A stretch of 64,000 nt of DNA from the NCBI GenBank assembly GCA_964216615.1, contig CAXPFQ010000043.1, positions 10,496-74,495 on the forward strand, written 5' to 3'. The DNA comes from Schleiferiaceae bacterium (GTDB lineage: Bacteria > Bacteroidota > Bacteroidia > Flavobacteriales > Schleiferiaceae). Below are positions 40,595 through 50,874 of this stretch, piece by piece. Position numbers and translations under genes: made by a program. Under the pieces are notes generated by a model. It was not told where the DNA came from, ran no database searches, and saw only the letters and a list, made by a program, of their open reading frames with translations. How positions within the stretch are numbered: the stretch's first letter is position 1; each line of letters opens with the position of its first letter.

Positions 40595-41272
40595 TTAAAT
40601 GCTTTGCCCTCTATTATCAGAGACAGTGCCATCTGCGACTTTTAACGTGCGTTGATGGTATTTGTGAATCATTTGATAATCGTGAGTTGCCATGATAACG
40701 CTTTTCTGCTCTTCGGTTAAACGAAGGAGCAGTGCCATTATTTCCTCTGAAGTTCGCGGATCTAAATTCCCTGTCGGCTCATCGGCTAGGATAATTTTCG
40801 GGTCGTTCAATAAAGCTCGTGCAATGGCAACCCGTTGCTGTTCTCCGCCTGAAATTTCGAATGGATTCTTATGTTTCTTGTGCTGCATGCCAACCCACGA
40901 GAGTACTTCTAGGATTCGTTTATTTCGCTTATTTTTTTCCTTCCAACCAGTGGCACGCAAAACAAAATCCAGATTGGCTTCGATGGAACGATCAGTAAGT
41001 AGTTGGAAATCCTGGAAAACAATGCCCAATTCCCTTCTAAGTTTCGGAATATCTTTATTTTTTAAGGAGCGCAAAGGATGGCTACCTACTTTTCCATCAC
41101 CTACCTTTAATTCGAGATCCCCATATAAGGTCTTCAATAAAGAGCTTTTGCCGGACCCCGTTTGTCCAATGAGGTAGATAAACTCCCCTGGTTGAACGTC
41201 AAAGCTTACGTCACTCAAGACCAGGTGCTTACCTTGAAAAATACTTGCTTTATCTAGAGATACTAGCGGCAT
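40595..41272 (-). CDS. ftsE: Cell-division ABC ATPase FtsE-like
   Basis: Walker [10 protein letters not shown], signature SGGEQQR and Walker [12 protein letters not shown]. 225 aa, with no permease gene adjacent. Confidence 0.8.
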   Translation of the reverse strand: MPLVSLDKASIFQGKHLVLSDVSFDVQPGEFIYLIGQTGSGKSSLLKTLYGDLELKVGDGKVGSHPLRSLKNKDIPKLRRELGIVFQDFQLLTDRSIEANLDFVLRATGWKEKNKRNKRILEVLSWVGMQHKKHKNPFEISGGEQQRVAIARALLNDPKIILADEPTGNLDPRTSEEIMALLLRLTEEQKSVIMATHDYQMIHKYHQRTLKVADGTVSDNRGQSI

Positions 41273-41440
41273 AAGAGGTGTTTCTATTCATTCTTTATAG
41301 GTGCTTTTCAAATGTAGAACAAATACCAAAACGGTAAGCGCCGGCGTTTTTTAAGATGTGAATAACTCCAATGAATTGGTCCTTAACCATAAGTATTCCC
41401 CATGGGAGGAGACCTATTTTTAAGGATAAACCAAAAGTAG

Positions 41441-44400
41441 ATGAGAACATCCATCGTCTTATTTTTCTCGTTAGTGTTTTCAGGGGTTGTAATAGCGCAA
41501 GAAACATCCCTTGAAAAAGGACATGAAGCTATTTACAACGAAAGTGTTGCACTGTTCGATGAAGGATTATACGCTGCGGCCCGTGTGGGTTTCGACGATA
41601 TCCTTTCGACAGAATTACCTCTGCAGAGCTTTCTAAAGGAAGAAAGTAGTTATTATCGAGCCATGTGCGCATTGTATCTGATGAATGAGCACAGTGAATA
41701 CTTTTTGACGTATTTCGCCAATACTTATCCTTTAAGTCCGAGATGGCAGGAAGCGCATGTGAGCGCGGCAAATTACTATTTCAATAATCGGCGTTACCGT
41801 AAGGTGGTCGAATGGCTTAGTGCCATCGATGCATCTGATGTTCCAAAATCGTTCAAGAGTGAATATTATTTCAAACTTGCCTACAGCCATCTTATGGCGG
41901 AGGACATCGAAAAAGCTCGAAACTTATTTTTTCAAGGAAGTTCGTATTCTGGAGAATACCAATCACATCACAAATATTACTACGGGCATATTGCCTACCA
42001 AGCAGCACAATATTCTACTGCAATTGCTCAGTTTGAAGCATTAATAGGTGATGAGCAATTTGGCGGGGTCATTCCTTATTACTTAAGTCAGATTTATTAC
42101 CAAACTGGCGATATAGATGAGCTGTTGCGTGTTGGTGAAATGCTTTTAGGTCAGGCAGTTGAAAGCCGTGCAGCGGAAATAGCTAAACTCATCGGCGAGG
42201 GCTACTATCAGAAAAAGGAATGGGCTAAAAGTGCGGAATACCTGGAGAAACACCAGGATCTTGGCGGTCAACTCGGCGATGACGACCATTATAAGCTGGG
42301 ATTTGTTTTGTACAAGACCGGAAGTTACGAGGAAGCTATCCAGAGTTTCAATAAAATCCATAGCCGCGGTGATGATATGGCACAAAGTGCATATTACCAT
42401 TTGGCAGATTGCTATCTAAAAACTGGGAAGAAAACTGAGGCTCAAAACGCATTTTTCACGGCGAGTGAGAGTGGTAGCGATGATGTTATCCGTGAGGATG
42501 CGTATTTCAATTATGCAAAGCTTGCCTATGATAGTAGCACACCTTTTGAGCAACCCTTGGATATTTTCCAAACATTTTTAGAGCGCTATCCTACGAGTAA
42601 ATATCGGACACAAGCAAATGAGTACTTAGCTAGTTTATACCTCAACTCGAAAGATTACGAGCGTGCGCTCAAGGCTATTTCGGCAGCAGGTCTAGAGCAA
42701 CCAACTATGCAGGGGGCTTACCAAAAGGTAGCTTATTTCAGAGGGGTACAACATTTTAATGCCATTCAATACCCTGCGGCGCAACGACATTTTGAAAAAT
42801 CATTAGAGTATCCCTTAAACAACGTATACACTGCTTTAGCTCATTATTGGCTGGCTGAAATTCACTATAGAAACAAAGATTATAACAGCGCCCTCAAAGC
42901 GTTAGATGCATTTGAAGCAACGCCAGGATCTACCATGTTGGGTGAATATAAAAGAAGTCTGTACAATAAGGGATATACTTATTTCAGTAAAGAAGATTAT
43001 AAAAATGCAGCTACAAATTTTAGTCTGTTTCTGAAGAGATCAAGGCAAGGGAGTAAACTTTCTATTGATGCAGCACTTCGATTGGCAGATTCATACTTTA
43101 TGACGGCCCAATATGATAATGCGATTAAAAACTACAACCTGTACTTAAGTCATGCCCCAGTAGACGCCGATTATGCCTATTTCCAACGCGCATTATGCTT
43201 TGGGTTAGTAGATGAGCCTGCGAAGAAGGTCGAGGCCTTGGAAGCGCTGGTGGCTCATTTCGCTAAATCAGTATATACCACTGATGCCTATTTTGAACTA
43301 GGTGAAACCTACATGAGATTGGGAAATACGAAGAAGGCAGAGCAGATTTTCACCCAGTTCACGAAGGACTACCCGAAATCTCGTTTCATCAAGAATGCCA
43401 AAATTGCCTTAGGACTTATTTACAGGGCTCAAAATAAAGGAGAAGAGGCATTAAATGCTTTTACCTCGGTTGTTGAGGACTACCCCAACACCCCTGAGAG
43501 CAAAGAAGCTCTAGGATTAGCCAAGATTCAATATTCAGAATTAGAACGGTTATCCGAGTATGTAGACTGGATTCAATCATTAACGGGAACCAATATTGGG
43601 CAAGGTGCGTTAGATTCGACGATGTATAATGCAGCATTTGATCGCTACAGTTTTGCAGATTACCAGGGAGCCCAAAAAGGAATGTTAGAATACCTGATAA
43701 AGTTTCCGGATGGTATTTTCAGAGTTCCTGCGAACTATTATGCTGCAGAGTGTGCCTTTATACAAGGAGACGATGAGGTTGCTTTGAAGGGTTATGAATT
43801 CGTTGCCTCTTCTGGTGAGCTTAGTTTTAGAAAACAAACGGTCGAGAGGTTAGCGAGTTTATATTATGCTCGACAGGACTTTGATAAGGCGTTCTATTAT
43901 TACCAACAAGTCTTAGGTTTAGTGGGTAATGCTGATGAAGGCAGGAGAGCTAGATTAGGTTTGATGAGATGTGCAAAAGCGCTGCACAAAGTACCGGTAG
44001 TCTTGCAATACTCTGAAAGTCTCTTACAGGATGAAGGATTACCGTCAGAATGGCGATCGGAAGCTTTATTAAATGCAGCGCGAAGCGCAATGCAACTTGC
44101 GGATAGTACCAGTGCAAAAATGTATTACACTGAAATTGCCGAAAAGATTCAGGGTGAGGCACAGGTTGAATCTAACTTTTATCTCGCACAGTTTGACCAT
44201 GTGCAATCTAATTTTGAAACGTCCAATGAACGAGTATTCTGGATAATTGACAATTTACCAACCTATACGCAGTGGCGGTGGAAAATTCTTTTGTTGATGG
44301 CAAAGAATTATGCTGGACTTCAGGACGATTTCCAAGCCAACTACACCTTAGATTATATCATAGAAAATGCCACTGAAGATGCTGTTTCAGAGGCGCTTGA

Positions 44401-44512
44401 ATTCAAAGCGCAACTTTCCCGCCAGCGCACGGTCGAAAATATTCAAGAAGACGTTTCAGACTCGTTGAGAGTAAATGAGGCAAATGCCGAGGAATACGAA
44501 GAATTGGATTAA
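41441..44512 (+). CDS. Large secreted tetratricopeptide-repeat (TPR) protein
   Basis: 1023 aa with signal peptide MRTSIVLFFSLVFSGVVIAQ. It has many 34-aa A/Y/L-periodic repeats, such as YYLAEIHYRNKDYNSALKAL and AYFELGETYMRLGNTKKAEQIF. Confidence 0.9.
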   Translation: MRTSIVLFFSLVFSGVVIAQETSLEKGHEAIYNESVALFDEGLYAAARVGFDDILSTELPLQSFLKEESSYYRAMCALYLMNEHSEYFLTYFANTYPLSPRWQEAHVSAANYYFNNRRYRKVVEWLSAIDASDVPKSFKSEYYFKLAYSHLMAEDIEKARNLFFQGSSYSGEYQSHHKYYYGHIAYQAAQYSTAIAQFEALIGDEQFGGVIPYYLSQIYYQTGDIDELLRVGEMLLGQAVESRAAEIAKLIGEGYYQKKEWAKSAEYLEKHQDLGGQLGDDDHYKLGFVLYKTGSYEEAIQSFNKIHSRGDDMAQSAYYHLADCYLKTGKKTEAQNAFFTASESGSDDVIREDAYFNYAKLAYDSSTPFEQPLDIFQTFLERYPTSKYRTQANEYLASLYLNSKDYERALKAISAAGLEQPTMQGAYQKVAYFRGVQHFNAIQYPAAQRHFEKSLEYPLNNVYTALAHYWLAEIHYRNKDYNSALKALDAFEATPGSTMLGEYKRSLYNKGYTYFSKEDYKNAATNFSLFLKRSRQGSKLSIDAALRLADSYFMTAQYDNAIKNYNLYLSHAPVDADYAYFQRALCFGLVDEPAKKVEALEALVAHFAKSVYTTDAYFELGETYMRLGNTKKAEQIFTQFTKDYPKSRFIKNAKIALGLIYRAQNKGEEALNAFTSVVEDYPNTPESKEALGLAKIQYSELERLSEYVDWIQSLTGTNIGQGALDSTMYNAAFDRYSFADYQGAQKGMLEYLIKFPDGIFRVPANYYAAECAFIQGDDEVALKGYEFVASSGELSFRKQTVERLASLYYARQDFDKAFYYYQQVLGLVGNADEGRRARLGLMRCAKALHKVPVVLQYSESLLQDEGLPSEWRSEALLNAARSAMQLADSTSAKMYYTEIAEKIQGEAQVESNFYLAQFDHVQSNFETSNERVFWIIDNLPTYTQWRWKILLLMAKNYAGLQDDFQANYTLDYIIENATEDAVSEALEFKAQLSRQRTVENIQEDVSDSLRVNEANAEEYEELD

Positions 44513-44531
44513 GAGAAACCCATAGAGCATA

Positions 44532-46208
44532 ATGAAAAAGATTCTGTACACTGCAATTTTCTTTGTTCCTCTGAGCTTATGGGCTCAAGAAGAACAAGGA
44601 GACGATGTAAATAGCCTAGAAATCCGCGTTGTTGAAGATTATAAAGCACAAGTTCGATCGGCGCATAAAATATCCGAGCAACCATCGTTTCTCGACACTA
44701 CTTCCGAAAAATTACCGGTTGAAGTTAGAATTCAGCCAAGGGGAATGGTTATCGATTTTCGACCGGACCCAATTCCTGCAATGAAAATAGGACGCGTAAA
44801 GCTTCCTAAGTTACCTACTCAGCGAGTAAGTCTTGGTGGAGGGATGTACAGTAGTTCTTACGCGGATATCATTTTCTCTTCACCACGCTCAAGAAAAAAC
44901 GTGTGGGGTGTAAAGGCACACCATGAAGGTGCCAGGTCTGGGGTGCTTCAAACCGCTTATGCATTGCAGCCCTTGTACGAGAACTCTATTCTCACAGATT
45001 TTCAGCGTGCAACAAAGAATTATAATTTTAAAACCCAAGTTATCCTCGATGCAAATTACATCAGCTATTATGGTATTCTGGATTCTGCAGGTGCTTGGTA
45101 TCAGTCGCCTACACCTCATGATTGGAACTTAAGTGCAGGATTGAGCCAACAATGGCTACGAACTACAAATCCAACTTCCAAGGTGCTTGCGGCATACAGA
45201 AGCGGAGGTGTATCTTATCAATTCACCAATGCTGGTATTGGAGCGCATGAGCATTTAGCTAAAACGGCACATAGAATTGAAGTCTATGCGGATGAAGTAC
45301 AAATTAACATGGATGTAGGGTACCAATTTGGTCAGTATTCTTTGACAGAAATGGTCTATGAACCACGTACGAATCAATACCATCACTTTTACTTTAGTCC
45401 ACAAACTCAGGGAAAGAACGGTATGTTGAATTACCAGTTTGGGCTCACTTTCGCTGGAACCATCAACAATGAAGCTACAACTTCAGAGGGTACCTACTAC
45501 ATCTTCCCAAACATTAATTTGCAAGCAGAGGTGCTTAAAAGAATCTTAGCAGTTTATGGGGGTTGGGACGGCCGTGCTGAACAGCAAACATTAAACTCGT
45601 TGCTCAACAATGTACCGGTAATCTCAGGCGACCAAAGTTTAGCATTGACCGGCGAAAATAGAGGCTATGTGGGGATGCAAGGAGCTTTAGCAGGCAAGCT
45701 GCAATATCGTGTCGAAGGTTCATTGGCTTTTATCATGAATGATGTGCAATTTGAACGTGATAGCACCACATCTACTATTTCAGATAGGGCGGCTCTGACA
45801 GTGGGTTATGCCAATTATACTCGATCGCGTATTCGGGCAGAACTTAACCTACCCATGGACGTATTTACTTCGAGCGTTTATACCGAACTGAATGCATTTT
45901 CAGGGACTGATGAGTTCATAGGTGCCGAAGCTCGAGTGCTGGGTGCAATGCTGCGTGTGGATAAAGGTGATGTACATCTGGTATCAAATTTCAAGTATGT
46001 TGGAGGAAGATATGCCGGAAGCTCCGAAAAGGGGATATATAATTTAGAAGATTATATGGACCTAAGTCTAGAGTTAGGATACACTATTAATGAAAATTTA
46101 GGGGTAAGCCTACGCGCTTACAACTTATTGAATCAACGTTATCAAATGTGGAGTGGATATGAGGTCAGAAGAACCCGAGGGTTATTCGTTCTGAGTTATC
46201 AATTTTAA
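44532..46208 (+). CDS. Putative outer-membrane beta-barrel (putative-porin-like)
   Basis: Signal peptide MKKILYTAIFFVPLSLWAQ. It has an alternating-hydrophobic, beta-rich composition and a C-terminal aromatic residue (LSYQF). It starts 19 nt after the TPR gene. Confidence 0.7.
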   Translation: MKKILYTAIFFVPLSLWAQEEQGDDVNSLEIRVVEDYKAQVRSAHKISEQPSFLDTTSEKLPVEVRIQPRGMVIDFRPDPIPAMKIGRVKLPKLPTQRVSLGGGMYSSSYADIIFSSPRSRKNVWGVKAHHEGARSGVLQTAYALQPLYENSILTDFQRATKNYNFKTQVILDANYISYYGILDSAGAWYQSPTPHDWNLSAGLSQQWLRTTNPTSKVLAAYRSGGVSYQFTNAGIGAHEHLAKTAHRIEVYADEVQINMDVGYQFGQYSLTEMVYEPRTNQYHHFYFSPQTQGKNGMLNYQFGLTFAGTINNEATTSEGTYYIFPNINLQAEVLKRILAVYGGWDGRAEQQTLNSLLNNVPVISGDQSLALTGENRGYVGMQGALAGKLQYRVEGSLAFIMNDVQFERDSTTSTISDRAALTVGYANYTRSRIRAELNLPMDVFTSSVYTELNAFSGTDEFIGAEARVLGAMLRVDKGDVHLVSNFKYVGGRYAGSSEKGIYNLEDYMDLSLELGYTINENLGVSLRAYNLLNQRYQMWSGYEVRRTRGLFVLSYQF

Positions 46209-46266
46209 AACTTCAAAATCCCCGCGATTACCCGAAAATGTTGATAACCTTGTTGGTAACTGAAAG

Positions 46267-46295
46267 AGGGGCTGAGGCCCCTTTTGTCGCTTTTT
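46267..46295 (+). terminator. Intrinsic terminator after the beta-barrel gene
   Basis: Stem AGGGGC/GCCCCT, loop TGAG, followed by TTTTGTCGCTTTTT. Confidence 0.7.
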
Positions 46296-46354
46296 GGGTG
46301 CCTAAAAGTTATCTTTGTTAAGTTAGCATTAAGCCAATTTACGCACTGATTTTT

Positions 46355-48298
46355 ATGAGTGAACAACAGAAGAATTACGACGGTGGTTCCATTCAGATTC
46401 TTGAGGGATTAGAGGCCGTTCGAAAGCGCCCCGCCATGTACATCGGAGACATTGGTCTCAAAGGGTTACACCACCTTGTTTATGAGGTAGTTGATAACTC
46501 AATCGATGAGGCATTAGCCGGTCATGCAAAGGACATTTATGTGACCATAAATGAAGATAACAGTATCACTGTAAAAGATGATGGTCGCGGGATCCCGACA
46601 GACATGCACCCCAAAGATGGGCGTTCGACACTGGAGGTAGTGATGACTGTTCTCCACGCTGGGGGAAAATTTGATAAAGATTCGTACAAAGTATCTGGAG
46701 GGTTACATGGTGTGGGCGTGAGTTGTGTTAACGCACTTTCTTCGATGCTACATGCCGAAGTTCATAGAGAAGGTAAGAGACATGAAGTGGAGTTTTCACG
46801 TGGTGTTGCAAAATACCCTACTCGTGAAATAGGCAATACAGATTACCGGGGTACCATTGTGACCTTTAAGCCAGATCACGAAATCTTCGAGGAAACAGAA
46901 TACCATTATGACATCCTTGCGAAGCGCATGCGTGAATTAGCCTTCTTGAACAAGGGAATTGCCATTACTTTGAAAGACCTTCGTGAAGTGGATGAAAAGG
47001 GCGAGCCTTTAGGCGAACGTTTTTTCAGCGAAGACGGCTTAGCGGGTTTTGTGAAGTACATCGACAGCAACCGTGAAGTAATCATGCCTGAGGTAATGTG
47101 CATGGAAGGTGAGCGAGACGGCATTCCAGTAGAAGTGGCGATGCATTACAATACCAGCTACAATGAAAACATTCACTCTTACGTCAATAACATCAACACT
47201 CACGAAGGCGGTACTCATTTAGCTGGTTTCCGTCGCGCATTGACTCGTACATTGAAGAAATATGCGGACGAAAGTGGATTGTTAGCCAAGGAGAAAGTTG
47301 AAATAGCCGGTGATGATTTTCGTGAAGGATTGACCGCAGTGATTTCGGTTAAGGTCATGGAGCCGCAGTTTGAAGGTCAAACCAAAACCAAACTTGGGAA
47401 TAAAGAAGTAAGCGGTGCTGTCGATAAGCTTGTAGGGGAGATGTTGACCAACTTCTTGGAGGAGCATCCTAATGAGGCTAAAGTCATTGTACAAAAGGTT
47501 TTATTAGCTGCTAAAGCTCGTGTTGCAGCGAAGAAAGCCCGCGAAATGGTTCAGCGAAAGGGCAGTATGTCATCCATGGGATTACCGGGTAAGTTGAGCG
47601 ATTGCTCAGAAACGGATCCCCAGGTATGTGAAATCTTTCTAGTGGAGGGTGATTCTGCTGGAGGGACAGCCAAACAAGGTCGTGACCGGAATTTCCAGGC
47701 GATCCTGCCTCTCCGTGGTAAAATATTGAATGTAGAGAAAGCCATTTCACATAAAGTCTTTGAAAACGAGGAGATCAAGAACATGTATACCGCACTAGGT
47801 GTAAGTGTGGGAACAGAAGAAGATAGTAAAGCCTTGAATTTAGAAAAGCTCCGTTACCATAAGATTGTTATTATGACGGATGCTGATGTCGATGGAAGTC
47901 ATATTTCAACGTTGATCTTAACATTCTTCTTCCGCTACATGCGTGAACTGGTTGAATTAGGATATGTGTATATCGCGACGCCACCATTATATTTAGTTAA
48001 GAAGGGGGCAAAGCAAGCTTATGCTTGGGATGATAAACAGCGTGACCAGATTGCTCAGGAATTTGGTGGAGAATCAGCCACGGGTATTGGTATTCAACGG
48101 TACAAAGGTCTTGGAGAGATGAATGCCGAACAACTTTGGGATACCACAATGAACCCAGAGGAGCGAATATTGAAGCAAGTAACTATTGATGATAGCGCAG
48201 AAGCCGATAGGGTATTCTCCATGCTGATGGGGGATGATGTCCCGCCTCGTCGCGACTTTATAGAGCGCAATGCAAAATATGCGAACATTGATGCATAA
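46355..48298 (+). CDS. gyrB: DNA gyrase subunit B
   Basis: GLHHLVYEVVDNSIDEA, GGLHGVG, EGDSAGG, PLRGKILNVEKA and IMTDADVDGSHI. Confidence 0.97.
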   Translation: MSEQQKNYDGGSIQILEGLEAVRKRPAMYIGDIGLKGLHHLVYEVVDNSIDEALAGHAKDIYVTINEDNSITVKDDGRGIPTDMHPKDGRSTLEVVMTVLHAGGKFDKDSYKVSGGLHGVGVSCVNALSSMLHAEVHREGKRHEVEFSRGVAKYPTREIGNTDYRGTIVTFKPDHEIFEETEYHYDILAKRMRELAFLNKGIAITLKDLREVDEKGEPLGERFFSEDGLAGFVKYIDSNREVIMPEVMCMEGERDGIPVEVAMHYNTSYNENIHSYVNNINTHEGGTHLAGFRRALTRTLKKYADESGLLAKEKVEIAGDDFREGLTAVISVKVMEPQFEGQTKTKLGNKEVSGAVDKLVGEMLTNFLEEHPNEAKVIVQKVLLAAKARVAAKKAREMVQRKGSMSSMGLPGKLSDCSETDPQVCEIFLVEGDSAGGTAKQGRDRNFQAILPLRGKILNVEKAISHKVFENEEIKNMYTALGVSVGTEEDSKALNLEKLRYHKIVIMTDADVDGSHISTLILTFFFRYMRELVELGYVYIATPPLYLVKKGAKQAYAWDDKQRDQIAQEFGGESATGIGIQRYKGLGEMNAEQLWDTTMNPEERILKQVTIDDSAEADRVFSMLMGDDVPPRRDFIERNAKYANIDA

Positions 48299-49850
48299 AT
48301 CACGCTTGACTAATCAAAAAGCCTCCTTTGTTGGAGGCTTTTTTATATGCGTATTGCTTAGTATGTTGGTCTCATGCCATCATGAAACATCAAATGATAA
48401 GAAGGTATTTCGATACAATGAGCCTACAGGTATTCCCACTTTAGATCCTGCCTTCGCAAAAGACAAGAGTACAATTTGGGCCGTGCAACAAATCTTTGAG
48501 TCTTTAGTTAGCTTAAATGATCAAAATGAAATTAGCCCTTCGCTAGCCGAGGATTGGTCAGTATCTGATAATGGCCGTGTTTATGAATTTTCCTTGCGTG
48601 ATGCGGTCTTCCACAATGGTGATACGCTCCGACCGGCTGATGTGGTATTTAGTTTGAAACGGTTGCAAGACCCTTCCGTGGCATCACCCGGCAGCTGGGT
48701 GCTGGATGATGTATTAGACATTTATGAAAGTGTCGCGGGGACTGTCATCATTGAACTTAACAATTCTAACACTTCTTTTTTATCACTCTTGGCCATGCCT
48801 TATTGTGGGGTAATGCCTTTTGGATCAAAAGATGTGGCAACAGCACCTATTGGAACAGGCCCTTTTAAGATGCATGTATGGCATTACGGGGAAAAATTAA
48901 TTCTCCATAAGAATGAATTTTATTGGAGGCAAGATAATGCTGGTGAATCCCTTCCATATCTTGATGGAATTAGCATCTCTTTTTTACCAGATCAGCAGAG
49001 CGCATTTTTGGAATACCTAAGTGGAAACTTTGATTTTTTACCGAATCTTGATCCAAGTTTCAAAGACGACTTATTAAACAGTTCCGGTGAATTACAGGAA
49101 CATTATTCAAAAGAACATCGTTTAGAGCGAACCCCATTTTTAAATACTGAATATCTAATATTTAATGCCGAGAAAGGATTGCCGAACGAACTGCGCTGGG
49201 CCATCAATGCTGGAATAAATAGAGAAGAAATGATATCCTCTTTACGCAATGGTGTCGGCATACCTGCTCGAGGAGGTATTATTCCCTATGGTTTACCGGA
49301 ATATCAGGATAGTATTGGGACCGGGTATGCGCCGGATTCAGTAGCTGAACTGTTATCAACTTTGGAATTGCCTAAAATCACCTTAGTGACAGTGGCAAAT
49401 TACCGTGACCTCTGCGAGTATGTTCAAGGTGAGCTTGCTCGTTTAGGCTGGCCTATTGAGATCAATGTGGTTCCCTCCGCTACTTTAAGGAGTGAGAAAA
49501 GTGCTGGAACTTTAGAATTCTTTAGGGCAAGTTGGATTGCAGATTATCCCGACGCTGAAAATTATTTAATGTTGTTTTACAGTGAATATAAGGCGCCAAA
49601 TGGCCCAAATTACAGCTTGTATAGTGATTCAATTTATGATGTAATGTACGAGCAAATTAGAGCCTTACCGCATGGGTCCGAAAGGAGTAACCTAATACGC
49701 AAGGCTGACAAGTATCTCGTTCAGGAGCAGGTCCTGGTTCCACTTTATTATGATGAGGTATTACGTGTATATCCAAAACACGTTAAGGGTGTGCAATCGA
49801 ATGCACTTAACGCCTTAAACCTTACTGAGGCTCGTTTGGAAAAGCGCTGA
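48291..49850 (+). CDS. ABC-transporter family-5 (peptide/nickel-type) substrate-binding lipoprotein
   Basis: In-frame ATGs lie at 48270, 48279 and 48291. The N-terminus MHKSRLTNQKASFVGGFFICVLLSMLVSC looks like a lipoprotein signal. The rest is SBP_bac_5-like (NEPTGIPTLDPAFA..., ASWIADYPDAENYL). Confidence 0.8.
   Translation: MHKSRLTNQKASFVGGFFICVLLSMLVSCHHETSNDKKVFRYNEPTGIPTLDPAFAKDKSTIWAVQQIFESLVSLNDQNEISPSLAEDWSVSDNGRVYEFSLRDAVFHNGDTLRPADVVFSLKRLQDPSVASPGSWVLDDVLDIYESVAGTVIIELNNSNTSFLSLLAMPYCGVMPFGSKDVATAPIGTGPFKMHVWHYGEKLILHKNEFYWRQDNAGESLPYLDGISISFLPDQQSAFLEYLSGNFDFLPNLDPSFKDDLLNSSGELQEHYSKEHRLERTPFLNTEYLIFNAEKGLPNELRWAINAGINREEMISSLRNGVGIPARGGIIPYGLPEYQDSIGTGYAPDSVAELLSTLELPKITLVTVANYRDLCEYVQGELARLGWPIEINVVPSATLRSEKSAGTLEFFRASWIADYPDAENYLMLFYSEYKAPNGPNYSLYSDSIYDVMYEQIRALPHGSERSNLIRKADKYLVQEQVLVPLYYDEVLRVYPKHVKGVQSNALNALNLTEARLEKR
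48317..48344 (+). terminator. Strong intrinsic terminator directly after gyrB, inside the signal-peptide codons of the next gene
   Basis: AAAA-GCCTCC-TTTGTT-GGAGGC-TTTTTT, with the stem at 48321-48326 and 48333-48338. Confidence 0.75.
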
Positions 49851-50874
49851 ATGTCGTGATTAATGGGCGGTGGTCGCTGTAAGCTACATCGCTGAGGTAT
49901 TGTCCTGAATAAGGCAGGTTCCCATCGACTAGGGTCCAATCTATCCTCAAAGGCAGTCCTTTTTTTAGTAGTGTTAAATACGAACCCCAAGAACCAGATC
50001 CACTAAATATATAGGGATCATCCAATTCCCATAATAAGCTTGCATATAAATATCCTCCCGGTACAGAATTAAAATCTCCGGTTAGTACCACAGGGTGTGG
50101 ACTACTTCGGATCCACTGTAGAATATTTTCCCCTTGTTTGCTTCGATCTGGGTCAGACCTAGCAATTTTCTTGGCCATGAATTGGCTTTTTTCGATCCAT
50201 TCCTCACGAGAAGGTTCGATCGACATATCCTTATCCTTAATACCGGTGGAGCTGAGGTGAATATTTATGATGCGAATGGTGTCGTTTGGGAACGCAATAT
50301 CTGCAAAGCCTGCGCTGTACTTCTCAAAAGAGTCATTTTCCATCGCTTCAAAAATGAGCGGCCCATCGTCCACTATTGGATATTTTGAGTAGATGGCGGT
50401 AACAATTTTCTTGTCATTAGGAGCATAGACTCTAAATGGATAATGTTCAGCTATAGGACTGGCCATGGATCGTCTCAACTCTTGTGTGCAGAGGATATCC
50501 ACGCCTTCCTCTTGTGTCCATGAGGCTATATCATAAGCTGCTCCGCTTTTTTGATAAAAGGCTTGAACATTGTAACTAGCTACTTTCCATTTGATTTCCC
50601 CTGGTTGCGGAAGCGTTGCAAGTGGAAGTTGTGCCATTAAAGGAATAAATAACAAGGTTATTCCAATAGCACTTTTGATCAGCAATCGTGGTTGAAAAAT
50701 GATGTTGAGAATACCTAAAATGAAATGGGGAATGATTAGGAAAGGAAAAATAATGTTTAGTACACCTACTCCAGGTAGCCAATGACCCGGCAGCAACGAA
50801 ATCAATCCAACAATTATGGTTGTGTAGAAAAGGACATTATTTATTATTCGCAAAATCGAAGAAGGCTTTTTCAC
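49822..50874 (-). CDS. Membrane-anchored endonuclease/exonuclease/phosphatase (EEP) family protein
   Basis: About three N-terminal TM helices followed by an EEP domain (SYNVQAF, LCTQEL, LTGDFN, YSDHRP). The GTG start overlaps the rhomboid stop (GTGA). Confidence 0.8.
   Translation of the reverse strand: MKKPSSILRIINNVLFYTTIIVGLISLLPGHWLPGVGVLNIIFPFLIIPHFILGILNIIFQPRLLIKSAIGITLLFIPLMAQLPLATLPQPGEIKWKVASYNVQAFYQKSGAAYDIASWTQEEGVDILCTQELRRSMASPIAEHYPFRVYAPNDKKIVTAIYSKYPIVDDGPLIFEAMENDSFEKYSAGFADIAFPNDTIRIINIHLSSTGIKDKDMSIEPSREEWIEKSQFMAKKIARSDPDRSKQGENILQWIRSSPHPVVLTGDFNSVPGGYLYASLLWELDDPYIFSGSGSWGSYLTLLKKGLPLRIDWTLVDGNLPYSGQYLSDVAYSDHRPLITTFSAFPNEPQ

Noticed and set aside
41295-41507. 70-aa minus-strand ORF between ftsE and the TPR gene
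   Set aside because: It overlaps the TPR gene's start and signal peptide. It has no promoter box or motif, and the TPR protein's N-terminus is a convincing signal peptide.
45956-45964. Perfect DnaA-box sequence TGTGGATAA. rpmH, yidC and gyrB, which are oriC-linked in many bacteria, also fall in this window.
   Set aside because: It is a single box inside the beta-barrel CDS. There is no cluster of boxes, no AT-rich unwinding element and no dnaA or dnaN. These genes are dispersed in Bacteroidota, so there is no evidence for oriC here.
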